A stretch of 64,000 bases of DNA, taken from contig OY740814.1 in the NCBI GenBank assembly GCA_963514005.1, forward strand, positions 16,244,001-16,308,000, in the 5' to 3' direction. Below, piece after piece: positions 1-13,340 of the stretch (the first letter of the stretch is position 1; every line of letters starts with the position of its first letter). The DNA comes from Raja brachyura (taxonomy: Eukaryota). The notes under the pieces are model-generated. The model was not told where the DNA came from, searched no databases, and saw only the letters and a program-made list of their open reading frames with translations. A program made the translations under genes and the position numbers.

Positions 1-149
1 AGGGACATCAGTTACTTAATGTCAACTCGGATGTCCACTGTGAATTGGCAGTCATGTCTGTTCTGACAAAACAAGAGTCCTATTTCTTTTGTGTATGTGC
101 TGCCACAGTGGCTTCCTTTAACTGCACCAATTTCACACCGAGTCTAACT

Positions 150-500
150 TTGTATTAGTCTTGTTGTCACATGTACCAAGATACAGTGGAAAAACCTACA
201 CATGTACAGCAAGTAGTGCGAAGAGAAAAATAAATAGAATGCAGAATATAGTGTACTGTTGTAGCTATCGAGAAAGTGCAGATAAAAATGTACAATGAGG
301 TAGGTTGGAAGATCAGGACTAAACCCTTTGTTTAAGGGAGGACACCAGTAGTCTGATAATAGCAGGGAATAAGCTGTTCCTGAATCAGGTGGTGCATGCT
401 TTCAAGCATTCTATGGTGCATCTATAGAAATCATTAGGAGCCATTGGAGACAAATTTACTTAGTCCTCTGAGGATGGAGAAGTGTTGGTTTGCTTTCTTG
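150..500 (-). mobile_element. Rex1/Babar-like LINE 3' fragment, degenerate
   Basis: tgtcacatgtacc..tacagtg tail and gggaataagctgttcctgaatc block shared with other copies in the window. Confidence 0.55.
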
Positions 501-2009
501 GCCTTTGACACAGAGGGAGCTGACCAAAGGCTTGTTCTGAGCAGGTCATTGAAGAGTCAACTGTGCAATGTTAGAAGTGCTTTATGAATACAGGTTGTTG
601 ATGTTCACAAGTTATCAGACCACATCAATGTTACATTTGAACCGAGCAATGGCACGGTGAATAGAGAAACAGATGTGGAGATTGAGAAGTGTACACAGAG
701 TAATAGTTCAGTATAGATCCAGCACTTGACTCATTATGGTAATCGTTTGAACCTTGGAGAGATGATAACTAACTAATGCCACCACTTCTGATCATCTTGC
801 TCTTTGGGAATCCCTGAGTTGAGGATTATGCTTTCACTCCAGTTCCATGTGTGCATAAGTGGTTGACCTGTTGATTGCCACAGATTTGGAGGCGGGTGGA
901 TTCAAGGGATATGGTGGGTTCATTTCCACTTTAGCTGATAATTTAAGTTTCTGACTGAAGTGCCACAAGTATCCGAGAAGGACAGATTTTTGATGCTTTC
1001 TGTGTTTGTACAGTGGAATTGTATTTTGAAGAATGACCAAGATACAGAAGGTAAGAATGACCAAGATACAATACGTAAGCTGGTGGCACTGCGTACTAAA
1101 CTGCCAAAACTTGAGCAGCATGTCGGAGTGCTTGGTTTAACATTAAATTAACTGAGAATCTGATGTCTTGAATTTTGGTGGCTGAGTTTGATTTGGGGGT
1201 TATAGAAAGGCAGTACCGTGGTTGAAGTATTGATACTAGTTGCTCAGCAAGTCAGGCAGCATCTCTGAAGAACATGGATATGTGATGTATTGTGTTGGGA
1301 CCCTTTTGACTTTGCAATAATATCTACAGGTAGGTCTTCACCATGAAATAAACCATTGCCTTGCAAAGTGAACCCACTCATGCTCAACATTGTGAGCTGT
1401 TCCTTTGCGATTTGGGATTTGCTATTTCAGTCTGGCATTCTTGCACATTATATTTGCATTGTTTTCCATGGTAGATTCAGGTCAGCTGGTTCACTATGAA
1501 TGTGTCACATCTCTGAAAGTACTGTCCAACTAATTCCACGCTTTTTCCACAATCCAACAATGTAATTTAGGCCCAATTAATTATTTTTAAAGTCATTAAT
1601 CAGTCTGCTTCAACACTCATTTCAGTCAATGAAGATGTCAAATTTTACTTTTCAAATAATTCTGCTCATGGTTTGCCAATTAGCTTAAATCCATATCCTC
1701 TGCTCAATATCTTTTGCTACTACAAATACTTTTCAATTATTTAAGAAAATCTGTCCTGCCTTCAAAGAACTGCTGTCTCCTCCTACAGTTATGTCGCAAA
1801 TTCATGTCCTATGTTAAATGTCGTGAACATCCTAGGGTGCGTCAAAACACTATCTGATAATCTGTGACACAAATGCACACACAAAATCATCAATAGAAAT
1901 TTTAGTTTCTGGAAATCTGCAGTAATAGGCAAAAATACAAGGAAGGCAGATGGTATCCACAGAGAAAGTGAACGTTTTGGGTTGATGGAACAAATATTTG
2001 GTCAGGCAA

Positions 2010-2166
2010 TGAATTTGTTCTGTATCTACATCTACTGTCTGTATCTCTCGTTTCCCTTTCCCCTTGACTCTCAGTCTGAAGAAGGGTCTCGGCCCGAAAC
2101 GTCACCTATTCCTTTTCTCCAGAGATGCTGTTTGACCCAATGAGTTACTCCAGCTTTTTGTGTCTA
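2010..2166 (+). mobile_element. Penelope pseudo-LTR-derived short element with hammerhead-like core
   Basis: CTGAAGAAGGGTCTCGGCCCGAAACGTC from 2076, followed by the family tail ..gagttactccagc. Confidence 0.8.
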
Positions 2167-5089
2167 AATAGGCAAGGAAGTTGTTTTAAAGGAAGGAAGA
2201 GGTGAGATGTTGGAGAGGAAATTCCAGAGCTGGCTCGGGACCGGCAGCTGAGGTGATGGCGGCTGGTAATGGAAACTGGCCATGTGCAGGGATCAGAGCT
2301 TGAGGAACACGGATATCTTGGAAGCTCACAGGGCTGGAGAAGGTTTCAGAGAAAGCGAGTCGGTGAGGGGTGAAATAGGGACATTGCTTAACTGGGAGTA
2401 ACAAAAATTTGCAAGTTTAGGATGTGAGTGCACAGATCTTGGTATGGATTGGGACAATCAGCAGCAAATTTAGGTGCCACATTAAGACGAAAAATAATAT
2501 AATGGGAAGGTGAAATAGTCTGAAGCTATCGGCTTGTGGATGGGGTTTCAGCAGTTAAATGGAGGCAGGGATGCGTAATGCTTCCTCTAATCAAATTTGG
2601 CTGGAGATTTTAATGCTCCTTCCATCTGACTACTACACACAAACAGCATTCAATGTGCCAGGGTAGTCAGAACAATGTACAGGTCAACACCTTGTGTGGT
2701 GTTGTGCAATAATTGGCTATTGGGCTGTTACTCCAGCAATGTAAAGCTTCATATTAGGAAGTTTTTTTTTGTTTAAGCACCACTGCTTAAGTGGTAGAAA
2801 TAAGAAACTAGGAAGAATTAAGTCAGTTGGAATGCTGGATATTTAGCCTTAAAAATGCACATGGATTATTCCTTGCCATTAGACCCGGTCTAACTCCAAT
2901 GATCAGGGTTCAAATCGCACCTTGACAGCTGTGGTGTTTAAATATAGTAATAATGTGGAATTAAAAATAAAATAGTCTTAAGTGATGGTAACAACAAAAT
3001 TATTGGATTGTAAGAGCAGATATCTGGTTCAGTTCCCAAGGAAACCATTTGTCCTTGCCTTGACCAGAGTCCAGGCCACCAAAGTGGTGAATTCTCATGC
3101 TGTCTGGAATGTCCTCAAATCACTCTGTTCAAGGACATAATGGGATGGATTCTAAACTCTGTCCTCGTCAGCAACAGCCAGATCCCAAAAAATAAAATGA
3201 AAAGAAAGCTAATGTGTCATTTACATATTCATCTCGGTTTGCAGATTGATTTTCGGTACTTCACAGTTGTTTGAAATATCAGCTTTCTGCAGCAATTAGA
3301 ATTGGGCAGCTAATATCAAGTTGGATCCAACACACAGATCTCTAGGGATTTCTGGTAATTGTGCACAGCTGCTGTATGTGTATGATATTTTAAACAAGTG
3401 CTGTCTTAAATGTTATTTTTAAAATCTGGTTAATGGTTGTTACGGAGATGCAACAGTATTACTAAGTGTTTTTTAGAAGCATTGTTTACTTCTAGAAATG
3501 AGACGACACCGGCATTGAAATAGCATTAATAATAATTAATAGCAAGTATGATTCACTGATCATCAATTTTTAGTGAATTCCCTATTACTTTAATAATTGC
3601 CGATTACGGTGTTTTAATTCAGGTAAGGCCAGCATTTATTGTTTCCCGTATAAAAATAGTGGTGAAGATGCTTGTACCACTGTTGTCCTGTTGGTGAAGG
3701 TGCTTCGGGGTTCTTGACATGGAGCTAAAATATTTGACAAGGGAAAATCTGAGCCTTGCGCAGTCATCAGTGGCCGTCGTTAATTCAGGAAGATTATTAA
3801 AGGAGCATATGAATGTGGTTGGAATATATTATGTTCTGAGTATGAATATGAATGTGTTCTGAGGATCTCCCAGAACATGGCCTCTAGGTTGCAGTTGTTG
3901 GTTTCTAGCACTTACTCTTTTGCGCAAGATTGACTCCAGTTGAATGAGGGTTTTCCCCTTTCCGGTGGTCTGAGCTGTCTCTTAATACTTTGTGACGTTA
4001 ATCAAAGGGTTGAATGCTGGCTTCTGGGGATCCCAGGAAGAGGCAAAATGTGATCATCCACTCTTGGGACTTCCAGCTGCAAGCACTTACATTGCAAACA
4101 ACTTAGTCTTGTCTTTGTCCCTCATTGTGGGTGTGTGGCATCAGGCACTTTGAGTTGTGTTCTTGGGATCCTTTCGTTGTGTTAGGTTGTTGGAGTTTAG
4201 TTGAGAGAACTGCAGGACATGGCTCATGGTCTACCACACAGGTGTTGCATGGAATTGTCGTTGAATTGTTTGAACTGAAGGCTTCATGCTATTTATCTTA
4301 AAACTGCAAGAATTGATGTTGTAGAGTGATGTGTGCCTATTGTACATTTTGATTCTGCTATTTTTTGCTGTGTAATAGTTGTGTTTGCGGTGTTGATCAG
4401 TGGCTGCATTATTTTTGCTCTGTTTGAGCAAGTTCAAGGCAATCTGTTTAATATCAGTTTTGTTTTGCATTTGATTGCCAATATCTATTACTTAAATTCT
4501 GAGAATATTTAGTTGCAACATTAGCCCTTTTCTTCACCGAAGTGACCAGGCATAATAGTTGTATAAAAAAAAAATGTTCCTCCCACTCATCTCCTTTAAA
4601 TTTTACCTCTCTTACCTTGAAGTTATGCTCTTTCTTTGACATTTCCACCCTGGAGCAAAAGTTTCTGACTCTACCACATCTACACTTCTCATTTTATATA
4701 CTTCCATCATATCTCCTCTAATCCTCTGAGGTAGAAAGATCAGCCACAATTAAACTGTATGGCAGGGTAGGCATGAGGGCCACCCCCTGCATGTATTTTG
4801 TATGTTCTGTTGAGGGTGTTCCCACAGAGGTATTAGAGTGTGAATTCTAGGATTAATACCCAGCAGCAATAAAGAGACGGCAACATATTTCCAAGTCCGT
4901 GTGGTATTTGGCTTGGAGAGCTAATGTTCCTACTTTTCTGCTGCTCTTGTCCACCTGGATGATAGTTGTGGCAGGTACAATTCTAAGTTTTTTTTAAAAC
5001 TAATTTAAGTTCCCAACTACAATGGTGGGATTCGAACTCTTGAGCCGGTGGAACAGACCAATGTTTTGCCGAATACTCTATCAAATGTT

Positions 5090-5580
5090 TACAAGTTGGA
5101 GTGCATACTGACTGGTTGCATCGAGGTCTGGTTCAGAAACTCAAATGTCCAGGAGTGAAGAGACGAGAGAAAGTCTCTGTAGACTGTAGATAAGACTGTA
5201 TGTAGACAAGTATTGAGCTCTCCATCATCAAGGCTATATTCAAGAGGCACTGCCTCAAAGGCAGCTAATATCACCAAAGATCCACACCACACTGGTCACT
5301 GCTAACATTGGGAAGAAAGTACAGGAGCCTGCGAAGCTTGAGATCCAGGTCCAAGAATTTCTTCCTATCTATCATCAGGCCCTTGATCCACAATGCGTAA
5401 CCGTACCTCAGCAATGATCTCTTTTGCACTTTGTTTGGTTGCAGTGTACTACGGTTTGCACGATAATGGCCTGGTTTCCTAGTTTTATTGATTATTAACT
5501 TATTGTATTATTGTATATTTACTTGAGTCATTGTGTTAATAGGCCTGTAAAGCTGCAGGAAGTGAAAAGTTCTTGACTTG
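5090..5580 (+). mobile_element. Rex1/Babar-like LINE 3' fragment
   Basis: ttggagtgcatactgactggttgcatc and cactgcctcaaaggcagctaatatcaccaaagatccacaccac correspond to the CLKKAGSIIKDSHHP motif in track ORF 38671-38925. Confidence 0.65.
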
Positions 5581-5948
5581 AGCTGCACTCAGCCTGGAAG
5601 TGGGAAGCAGTCCATGATACTTCAGGCATGCGTGTGTTGATGGTGGAAAGGCTTTTGGGGTATCAGGAGATGAATCTCGTGCTACAGGATGCCCAACCCC
5701 CACATTGGCTCTTGTAGCCACAGCCTTAATGCTGCTGATCCTGTTCGATTTCTGGTCAGCAGTGAGCCCCAGGATGCTGATGATGGAAATGTTATTGAAT
5801 ATGGAGAGGAAACTGTGTGACTCTACCTTGGAAAGCCAGAAAAAAATTAGTTCCACTGTGTCTGTACCTGTCGAGAAAGTGCTGCCCAGCCTAATCCCAC
5901 TTCCGGTCACAGCTCTGCAAGTACATGTCAAATTACTGATTAAATAAG

Positions 5949-6725
5949 TTCAAATTCAAGGTACATTTATTGTCACGTGCACCAATTGGTACAGTGAGAT
6001 TTGAGTTGCCATACAGCCATACGAATAAAAAGAACATTATACGCAATAGTATTTAACATGAACATCCCCACACAGAGGAATCACCATTTCCCACTGAGGG
6101 AAAGCAATAAAGTTCAGTCATCTTCCTCTTTGTCCACCCGTGGTCGGGGCCTTTGAGCCCTCCGCAGTCGCCGCTACGGCGGCCCAGTGTTCGGGCCCTC
6201 TCGCCGGGATGATTAGAGCTCCGACATCGGAACGGAAGAACACACTCAGCAGCTTGGAGTTCTGAATCGGCCACTTCTTACAAGAGACCACAGCTTCCAA
6301 AATCCACAGGCCGTGCTGGGTGGAGATTCAACACTGGTGACCCTCGGCAAAAGATTCCAGGCCAACACAATGTTAAGTCAGCGCCGCCTGTGGCTGGAAG
6401 CGCTGCAAACCACAGCTCCACGGTGATAATCAGCAGACCCAACACTCCGGATCTTCAACACAGACGATCCCTGGTAAGGCATGTCCGGCTCCACGATGGA
6501 ATTCAGTGCTGCGCCGCTGCTGAAGCTCTGGCAGGAAAGGCCGCACCAATCCAGTTGGTAGGCTGTGGGGGCGGGGGGGTGAAGAAGTGACTCGGAGAAA
6601 AGACACACCTCTGACCAGGAAGTGAGTGGGGAACGATTCTCTCCCTCCCCCCCCCCAATCTCCCACATAAAAAAAGTCTTAGAAACCTTTAAAAGCATAC
6701 ATTTATACACTAAAAATAACAAAAA
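5949..6725 (-). mobile_element. GC-rich non-autonomous element with a Rex1-like tail, inserted in a CR1 fragment
   Basis: ttcaaattcaag..tttattgtcacgtgcaccaattggtacagtga terminus (also at 44118-44160); CpG-rich body; CR1-like sequence at 5870-5945 resumes at about 6727. Confidence 0.55.
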
Positions 6726-7679
6726 TGAGGTGAAAGTTTCTGCCTGTTCCACTCTTTTGGGCAGCAAGTTCTGGATCCTTTCCACTCACTGGGTGGAAAA
6801 CTTCCCTCTAATTCATTTCCCAATTTAAATTATGTTTTTTGTAAACCTCTTAAGAAAAGGAGGCACTTTCAATTTATCTTTCTAACTGCTCTTGTTAAAC
6901 ATGGGCATTGCCAGGCACTGGAGTATTGACCTGCCTCCACTTATTAGGAGACTGGACGGGGACATAAATCCTGAAGGAATTGGGGAACATGCAAATAGAT
7001 AACATGTGAAAGGTTTAAAATGGAGCAGTGCTGGCATAAACAGTGGGCCGAATGGCCTGTTGTTTAGTTGCAAATTCTGGATGAACTCCTCAGTGGTCTG
7101 AGCAACTTTTAACCCTCATGATTATTTTCAATATGATTGTGGCTGAGCAGATCGAGCAAGAAGAAAATTAATACTGAGAACTTGCTTTTTTCAAAATGGA
7201 AGTGACTTCAATTTTTTTTTCCACCAGGCAAGACTAAGATTTAACATGGAATTATCTATGTGTAAAAAAAAAATGCTTAGTCAAAGATAAATGTTACTGG
7301 TTTTCAGCTGGAAAGGTGGTGTTTGGAGCCTGTGTTTTACTGACAAGTGGGAGTGCTGAGTTATGGCGTGAAATCATGACCGGCTTAAAGCAGAGTGATT
7401 TGTACCCCATAAATGATGTAATGAACTGTAAACTGGACAAGGTAAAGGGGGGCGCAGTGCGAGAGGAACATTAGCACTTGGAGTAACTGCAGAATTGATT
7501 TGTAGATATTTCTAGGGGTTGACTTGAGAAAGCATTGGATTTTCTTGCGACCAGTATAATAAAGATCGCATCTGTGAGAACAGTATGCTTTTGGGGTCAT
7601 CAATTCCTCTCAGTTGTTTCCTTGTTCCTCCTCCCATTTTTAGCTATTCTCATTATTCAATTTCCCCTTATTTAATAGA

Positions 7680-7960
7680 ACCATACAGCATAGAAATGGC
7701 TCATTGAATCTGTGCTGGCCATCAACCACCCAATGAATTCTCCCCCCAATTATCATCAACCCCCCCCTCCCCAACCCCCCAGGTTCTGTCACTCAGTTGC
7801 AGGCCAATTAACCAAGATTGACACATCTTTTGGATGTGGGAGGTATCTGGTGAACCTGTTAAGAACCTATGTGGTCATAGAGAATGCGCAAGCTCCACAA
7901 AGAAAACACCCAAAGACAAGATTGAACCTGGGCCACTAGGTTCAGCAAGGGAGTGACCGT
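7680..7960 (-). mobile_element. Degenerate V-SINE-like SINE (similar copies at about 28860-29130, 42590-42740, 50575-50760, 58170-58330)
   Basis: ccaattaacc..catcttttggatgtgggagg..agaatgcgcaagctccaca..attgaacctggg. Confidence 0.65.
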
Positions 7961-8060
7961 ACGAGTTGTGCTGATATGCCATCTTCACCTCACCCCCCGT
8001 GCGATCACAGCTCCTGATCCCCTGGTGCCTTTGATTTGAACCATCCCAACAACTTCTCTT

Positions 8061-8190
8061 GACTGAAGAAGGGTCTCGACCCGAAACGTCGCCTATCTCC
8101 TTCGCTCCTTAGATGCTGCTGCACCCGCTGAGTTTCTCCAGCCTTTTGTGTACCCTCGATTCTCCAGCATCTGCAGTTCCTTCTTTAAAA
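8061..8190 (+). mobile_element. Penelope-derived short element with intact hammerhead-like core
   Basis: CTGAAGAAGGGTCTCGACCCGAAACGTC from 8063, through ccagcatctgcagttccttctttaaaac. Confidence 0.85.
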
Positions 8191-9101
8191 CCTCACTTGA
8201 ATATCTGAAGCAGATTAAGTGGGCTTCAACCCAGTTAGGCAGAATGTTTAATAATCTTGTTGTTTAGTTCCACAGCATGAGGTGAAGTTATTCACTGAGT
8301 CATCATTGGGTGTGTTGGGTAAAGGGGTCAGTTCAGTGTTAGGATGATTGTTCCTGGATTTTAATACTGCTTTGTGGCCAGATTCTTCAGGATTCTCTTA
8401 ATCTTGTTCCAACTCCCAGTGAAATGTTAAACTAAGCCCAGCTGGAAAGAGCTTTCTGTTCACTCAAACTCTGCTGACTTTGGCGTTGATTAAGATGAGA
8501 AGCAAAACAATGACATGCGTTGCAGTTAATGACATTCCTGTAAACATTCTCTTGAACTGCCTGAGCACGCTGTTTGTTCTAGGGATTGGCCTTTTGTCAG
8601 GGAGTATGTGCCTAGATAATTGCAAAACTTAAATGAGCTGCGGTTAGTCATCAAACAAGAACACAGCATACACAGGGGCAGCATAAAATGAGTACAAGGG
8701 CTGGGTGTGAAACTGGAAAAGACTGGTACACTAATAATTTTCCCAGAAATGGATGCGCTTTCTTTTCCCTCTGTGACAGTATAAACAACCATATTTGGCC
8801 TGGTTTCAAAAGATGACTTCCTGGAGAAGACTAGAATCAGAGTTTTAGTTGAGAGATAGATGCAAATAAGCTCCCAAGAAACTTCCTAAGAGGAAGGGAC
8901 TAATGTGTGGCTCATTAACATGAGCAGCAGTTGAGGTGACCAATTTTCATTGCAGCCAAAATATTCGAGTAGGGACTTGCATAATTCAGAGACATTTCCC
9001 TCCCCGCCAGGAGCAACAGGAGAGTATGTAGAAAGGTAGCTCTCCCACATGGCACCATCTGCAATTTCTGCAAAAGGATATCTGCTCAAGGTTGGGGATT
9101 G

Positions 9102-9326
9102 TAGACAAAAGTGCTGGAGAAACTCAGCGGGTGCGGCAGCATCTATGGAGCGAAGGAAATAGGCAACATTTTGGGCCGAAACCCTTCTTCAGACCTTCTT
9201 AATCAGTCTGAAGAAGGGTTTTGGCCCGAAACGTTGCCTATTTCCTTCGCTCCATGGATGCTGCCACACCCACTGAGTTTCTCCAGCACTTTAGTCTACC
9301 TTTGATTTTCCAGCATCCTCCTTGAA
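9102..9326. mobile_element. Fold-back Penelope-derived short element, 15-bp TSD
   Basis: Inverted arms meet at cttcagac..agtctgaag; caaggttggggattg at 9087-9101 and 9327-9341. Confidence 0.9.
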
Positions 9327-9512
9327 CAAGGTTGGGGATTGCATGTTCACATCAGAATCCACCTGATGGAGAACTGATGATTTGAAGCAAATGATTGGGA
9401 TTTATTTAAGAAGCTACATGAGGGAGAAGTGAATAGAAGGATAAGATAAAGTAGACTAGAGAATGGACGGATGGACTGAATGGCTTATTAATTAAAAAAA
9501 AACAATTTTATT

Positions 9513-11415
9513 TCCCTCCCTACCCATGTTCAAGACACCTCACACGCTCTTCGTCTTCTCCATGACTTCTGTTTTCTAGGCCCCCTTTCCCTCATCTTCA
9601 CCATGGATGTCCAGTCACTCCACACCTCCATCCCCCACCAGGAGGGTCTTAAAGCCCTCTGTTTCTTCCTCGACCGCAGAACCAACCAATCCCTGTCTAC
9701 TGATACTCTCCTCCATCTTGCGGAGCTGGTCCTTACCCTTAACAACTTTTTGTTTGACTCCTCCGAATTTCCTTTAAATCAAAGGCGTAGCTATGGGCAC
9801 GCGCATCGGCCCAAGCTCAAATCAAAAGTCAAGTCAAACAAACTTTATTGTCATTTAGAAATACATTGATATATGCAGTTCCAAACGAAATTTCGTTGCA
9901 TTTGGCTCCCTGTGCAACACGATAAATTAACAGAAGGATAAACATGGATAAAATGGATAAAAAGGATAAAAGGATAAATAGACAATGGTGGCAGCCCATT
10001 ACATGGCATTCAGGAGTCTGATGGCTCGTGGGAAGAAGCTGTTGCAGAACCTCGATGTTCTGCTCCTTATGCTGCGATATCTTTTTCCCGAGGGCAGCAG
10101 AGTGAACAGACTGTGATGGAGATGTGCGGGGTCTTTTATAATACTGCTATGCCTGCCTCTTTGTAGGGCACATTGAACAATCCTTGTTCAAAACATACCA
10201 TGGCCCTATCCCCGAACTCTACCTCCGCTACATCGACGCCTGCATTTGTGCAACCTCCTGCACCCATACAAAACCCGCTGACTTCATCCATTTCACCACT
10301 AACTTCCATCCGGCACTGAAGTACACCTGGACCATTTCCGACATCTCCCTACCGTTTCTACACCTCACTATCTCCATCGCAGGTGACAGACTACTGACCG
10401 ACATCTACTATAAACCCACTTACTCCATGGCTTTCTGGACTACACTTCTTCCCACCCTGCCTCCTCTAAGGACTCCGTCCCCTACTCCCAATTCCTCCAT
10501 CTATGCCGCATCTGCACCCAGGATGAGGTGTTCCAAACCATGGCATCGGGAATGGGGGTTCTCCTCTTCTATTATAGATGAGGCTCTCACAAGGGTCTCT
10601 TCTATACCCCGTAACTCTGCTCTCACTCCCCATCCTCCCCCACTCGTAACAAGGGCAGAGTCCCCCTTGTCCTCACCTTCCACCCTACCAGCCGTCACAT
10701 ACAACAAATAATCCTCCCACATTTTCACAACCTCCAACGTGATCCCACCACTGGCCGCATCTTCCCATCTCCTCCCGTTTTGGCTTTCCGCAGAGACCGC
10801 TCCCTCCTTAACTCCCTGGTCAATTCATCCCTTCCCACCCAAACCACCCCCTCCCCTGGCAACCGCAGGAAATGCTACACTTGTCACTTTACCTACCCCC
10901 TTGACTACAAGGACCCAAGCAGTCTTTCCAGGTGGGGCAGAGGTTCACCTGCACCTCCTCCAACCTCACCTATTGCATCCGCTGCTCTAGGTGACAGCTG
11001 CTCTACATCGGTGAGACCAAGCGTAGGCTTGGAGATCACTTCGCCCAACACCTCAGCCTGGTTCGCAATAACCAACCTGATCTCCTGGTGGCTCAGCACT
11101 TCAACTCCCCCTCCCATTCCGAATCTGACCTTTCTGTCCTGGGTCTCCTCCATGGCCAGAGTGAGGCCCACCGTAAATTGGAGGAGCAGCACCTCATATT
11201 GTGCTTGGGTAGTTTACACCCCAGCGGTATGAACATTGACCTCCAATTTCAGGTAGTCCCTGCTTTCTCCTTCTTTCCCTCCCCTTTCCAGCTCTCCCAC
11301 AGCCCACTGTCTCCGCCTCTTCCTTTCTTCTTCCCGCCCCCCCACCCCACATCAGTCTGAAGGAGGGTCTCAACCCGAAAGGTTGCCTATTTCCTTGGCT
11401 CCATAGATGCTGAGA
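9513..11415 (+). mobile_element. Penelope-like retroelement, 5'-truncated and degenerate: RT + GIY-YIG endonuclease + 3' pseudo-LTR
   Basis: RT motifs FTMDVQSLHTSIPH, KGVAMGTRIGPSYA and YLRYIDAC (YIDD mutated); endonuclease motifs YCIRCSR, LYIGETKRRLGDHFAQH, VAQHFNSPSH and EEQHLI..LGSLHPSGMN; frameshifts; split by an insert at 9818-10145. Confidence 0.92.
9818..10145 (-). mobile_element. Rex1/Babar-like LINE 3' fragment nested in the Penelope RT
   Basis: Short-repeat tail (caagtcaa), ctttattgtca (AATAAA on - strand) and the ggaagaagctgttgcagaacc block shared with 150-500 and 38510-38850; GCT at both junctions. Confidence 0.7.
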
Positions 11416-11739
11416 AATGCAGCCACGGGACATTTCCTGCAGTGCTCACCTCAGTCAGAACTTTTACCCATGTTCTAGTTAAATTTCCTTTGTATAATAC
11501 CATGAAACCTTTCAACATCCACTTGAACCGGCAGGTGAGATCTTGGTTTGCTATCCAAGCTAAAATGGCATAAGCTAGCCTTTGGAAGACCAAGCAAATA
11601 TAACTAAATATCTACCTCTCAGACTTTTGTCAATGTTCAAAGCGATTTCAGTTTCAATTCCAGCTTCAGTACAAAAATGTATTCATCACTTCACTGCCCC
11701 ATCCAGTTGTGTTGCCGTTTTTAAGGAGCTATGAGTCTG

Positions 11740-13340
11740 CACCTCAAAGTCCCTCTGTACGTCCACATTTTGGAGATCCATGCAATTGTTTTGACATCCC
11801 AAATTGCATCAGCTCACACTCATCTGAATTTAATTTCATTTGCCACTGCTCCTGAATTTCTAACTGATCCATGTCATTTTAAACCAGGATCTGCAGTTCC
11901 TTCTTCCCCATGTCCTTTTATATGCTTTCACAACTTTCTTTACCATCTACTGCTTCAATTTTTGTGTTATCGGAAAACATACTAATCAGTCCACCTAATC
12001 ATATCCAAGTCATTTGGGTCTAGCACCAGTCTCTTGTGGTGCACCACTTGTTGCAGACTTTCATTCAGTAAAAGAACTGTCCATCCCTACCTTCTGCCTC
12101 CTATCACCAAGCCAATTTTGGATCCAGTTTGTCAATGTGGCTTAACCTTTTGGACCATGCTACCATGTGGCACCCTTTCAAACGCCTTATTGAAGTCCAT
12201 GTAAATCATATCTACCTCTTAATCAATTTTCTTAGTTGCCACCTAAAAAAAACTCGATTGGATCTCCCCTGCACAAAATCATGTTGATTTTTCCTAATCT
12301 GTTTTTACCTTTTTAAGTGAACATTAATTCTGCCCCTCAATCTTCACCAACAACTTCCATATCTCTGAGAGGCCTACTGGCCTGTCGTTTCCTGGCTTGG
12401 CCCCATCAACGTTTTTGAACAACATTAGCTATCCCACAGTTTACAAGTACTGTATCCTGGCTAACAATTTGCAAAACACTGTTGGAGTCCCGGGAATCTT
12501 CTCCTTTGTTTTCCATAGCTTCCTGGGATAGATCCCGTCAGGTCCTTGTGACTTATCCACGTTAGTAAGTGCCAATATCACTATAATTTCCCCCTTCCAG
12601 ATGTGCTGTGGAATATCACCATACTCCCCCTCTTAAATGGCCCATAATATTTTTGGTAGAGTTGCTGCCTTACAACGCCAGAGACCCGGGTTCAATCCTG
12701 GCTACGGGTGCGGCCTATATGGAGTTTGTACCTTCTCCCTGTGACCTGCGTGGGTTTTCTCTGAGAACTTTGATTTCCTCCCACACTCGAAAGACCTACA
12801 GGTTTGTAGGTTAATTGTCTTGGTATACATGTAATAATTGTCCCTAGTGTAGGACAGTATTAATGTGTAGCGATCACTGGTTGGTGAGGACTCGGTGGGC
12901 CGAAGGGTCTGTTTCCATGCTGTATCTCTGAACTGAAACTAAACAAAATCTTCACCTTCCCCATTCTCCTCCCTGGTGAATACCAATGCAAAGTATTCAT
13001 TTACTGTCCCGCTCGTATAGCCTAACTCCACACACTGCTCATATAGACTGGCTCCACACACACATTCCATTTTGGTCCCCGAATGGAACTGATTCTTTCC
13101 CTGGCTATCATCTTGCTTCCAATATACTTACTTAAAAGTCTTGATATTCATAATCCCGTTTCCAAGGCCATTTTAAATCTCTCTGCCCTTTCAAATTTCA
13201 TAAATTCTTTCCAATAACCCCTACAAACAAAGGATTCCTTTATATCAAATGCCTATATCTGATGCTCGCTTTCTTGTTTCTGATAAAACCTTCATTTTCC
13301 TTTGTTCCCTGATCTTATCTTTTGTTCATACCCATACAGG
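11740..13340 (-). mobile_element. Highly degraded CR1-like ORF2 segments with a nested SINE
   Basis: agccaattttggatcca, gccttattgaagtccatgta and ccgtcaggtccttgtgacttatccac are antisense CR1-like motifs, also seen at 53690-54930. Confidence 0.6.
12654..12945 (+). mobile_element. tRNA-derived SINE (HE1/V-SINE-like) with CR1-like tail
   Basis: B-box gggttcaatcc, central tggagtttgtaccttctccctgtgacctgcgtggg, tail gggccgaagggtctgtttcc..(ctaaa). Confidence 0.85.

Noticed and set aside
10184-11360. Functional reverse transcriptase or endonuclease gene
   Set aside because: 5'-truncated, YIDD mutated to YIDA, multiple frameshifts, a nested insertion, and a mutated hammerhead core at 11357.
12654-12720. 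tRNA gene
   Set aside because: The B-box-containing head continues into SINE body and LINE tail; no complete cloverleaf is evident.
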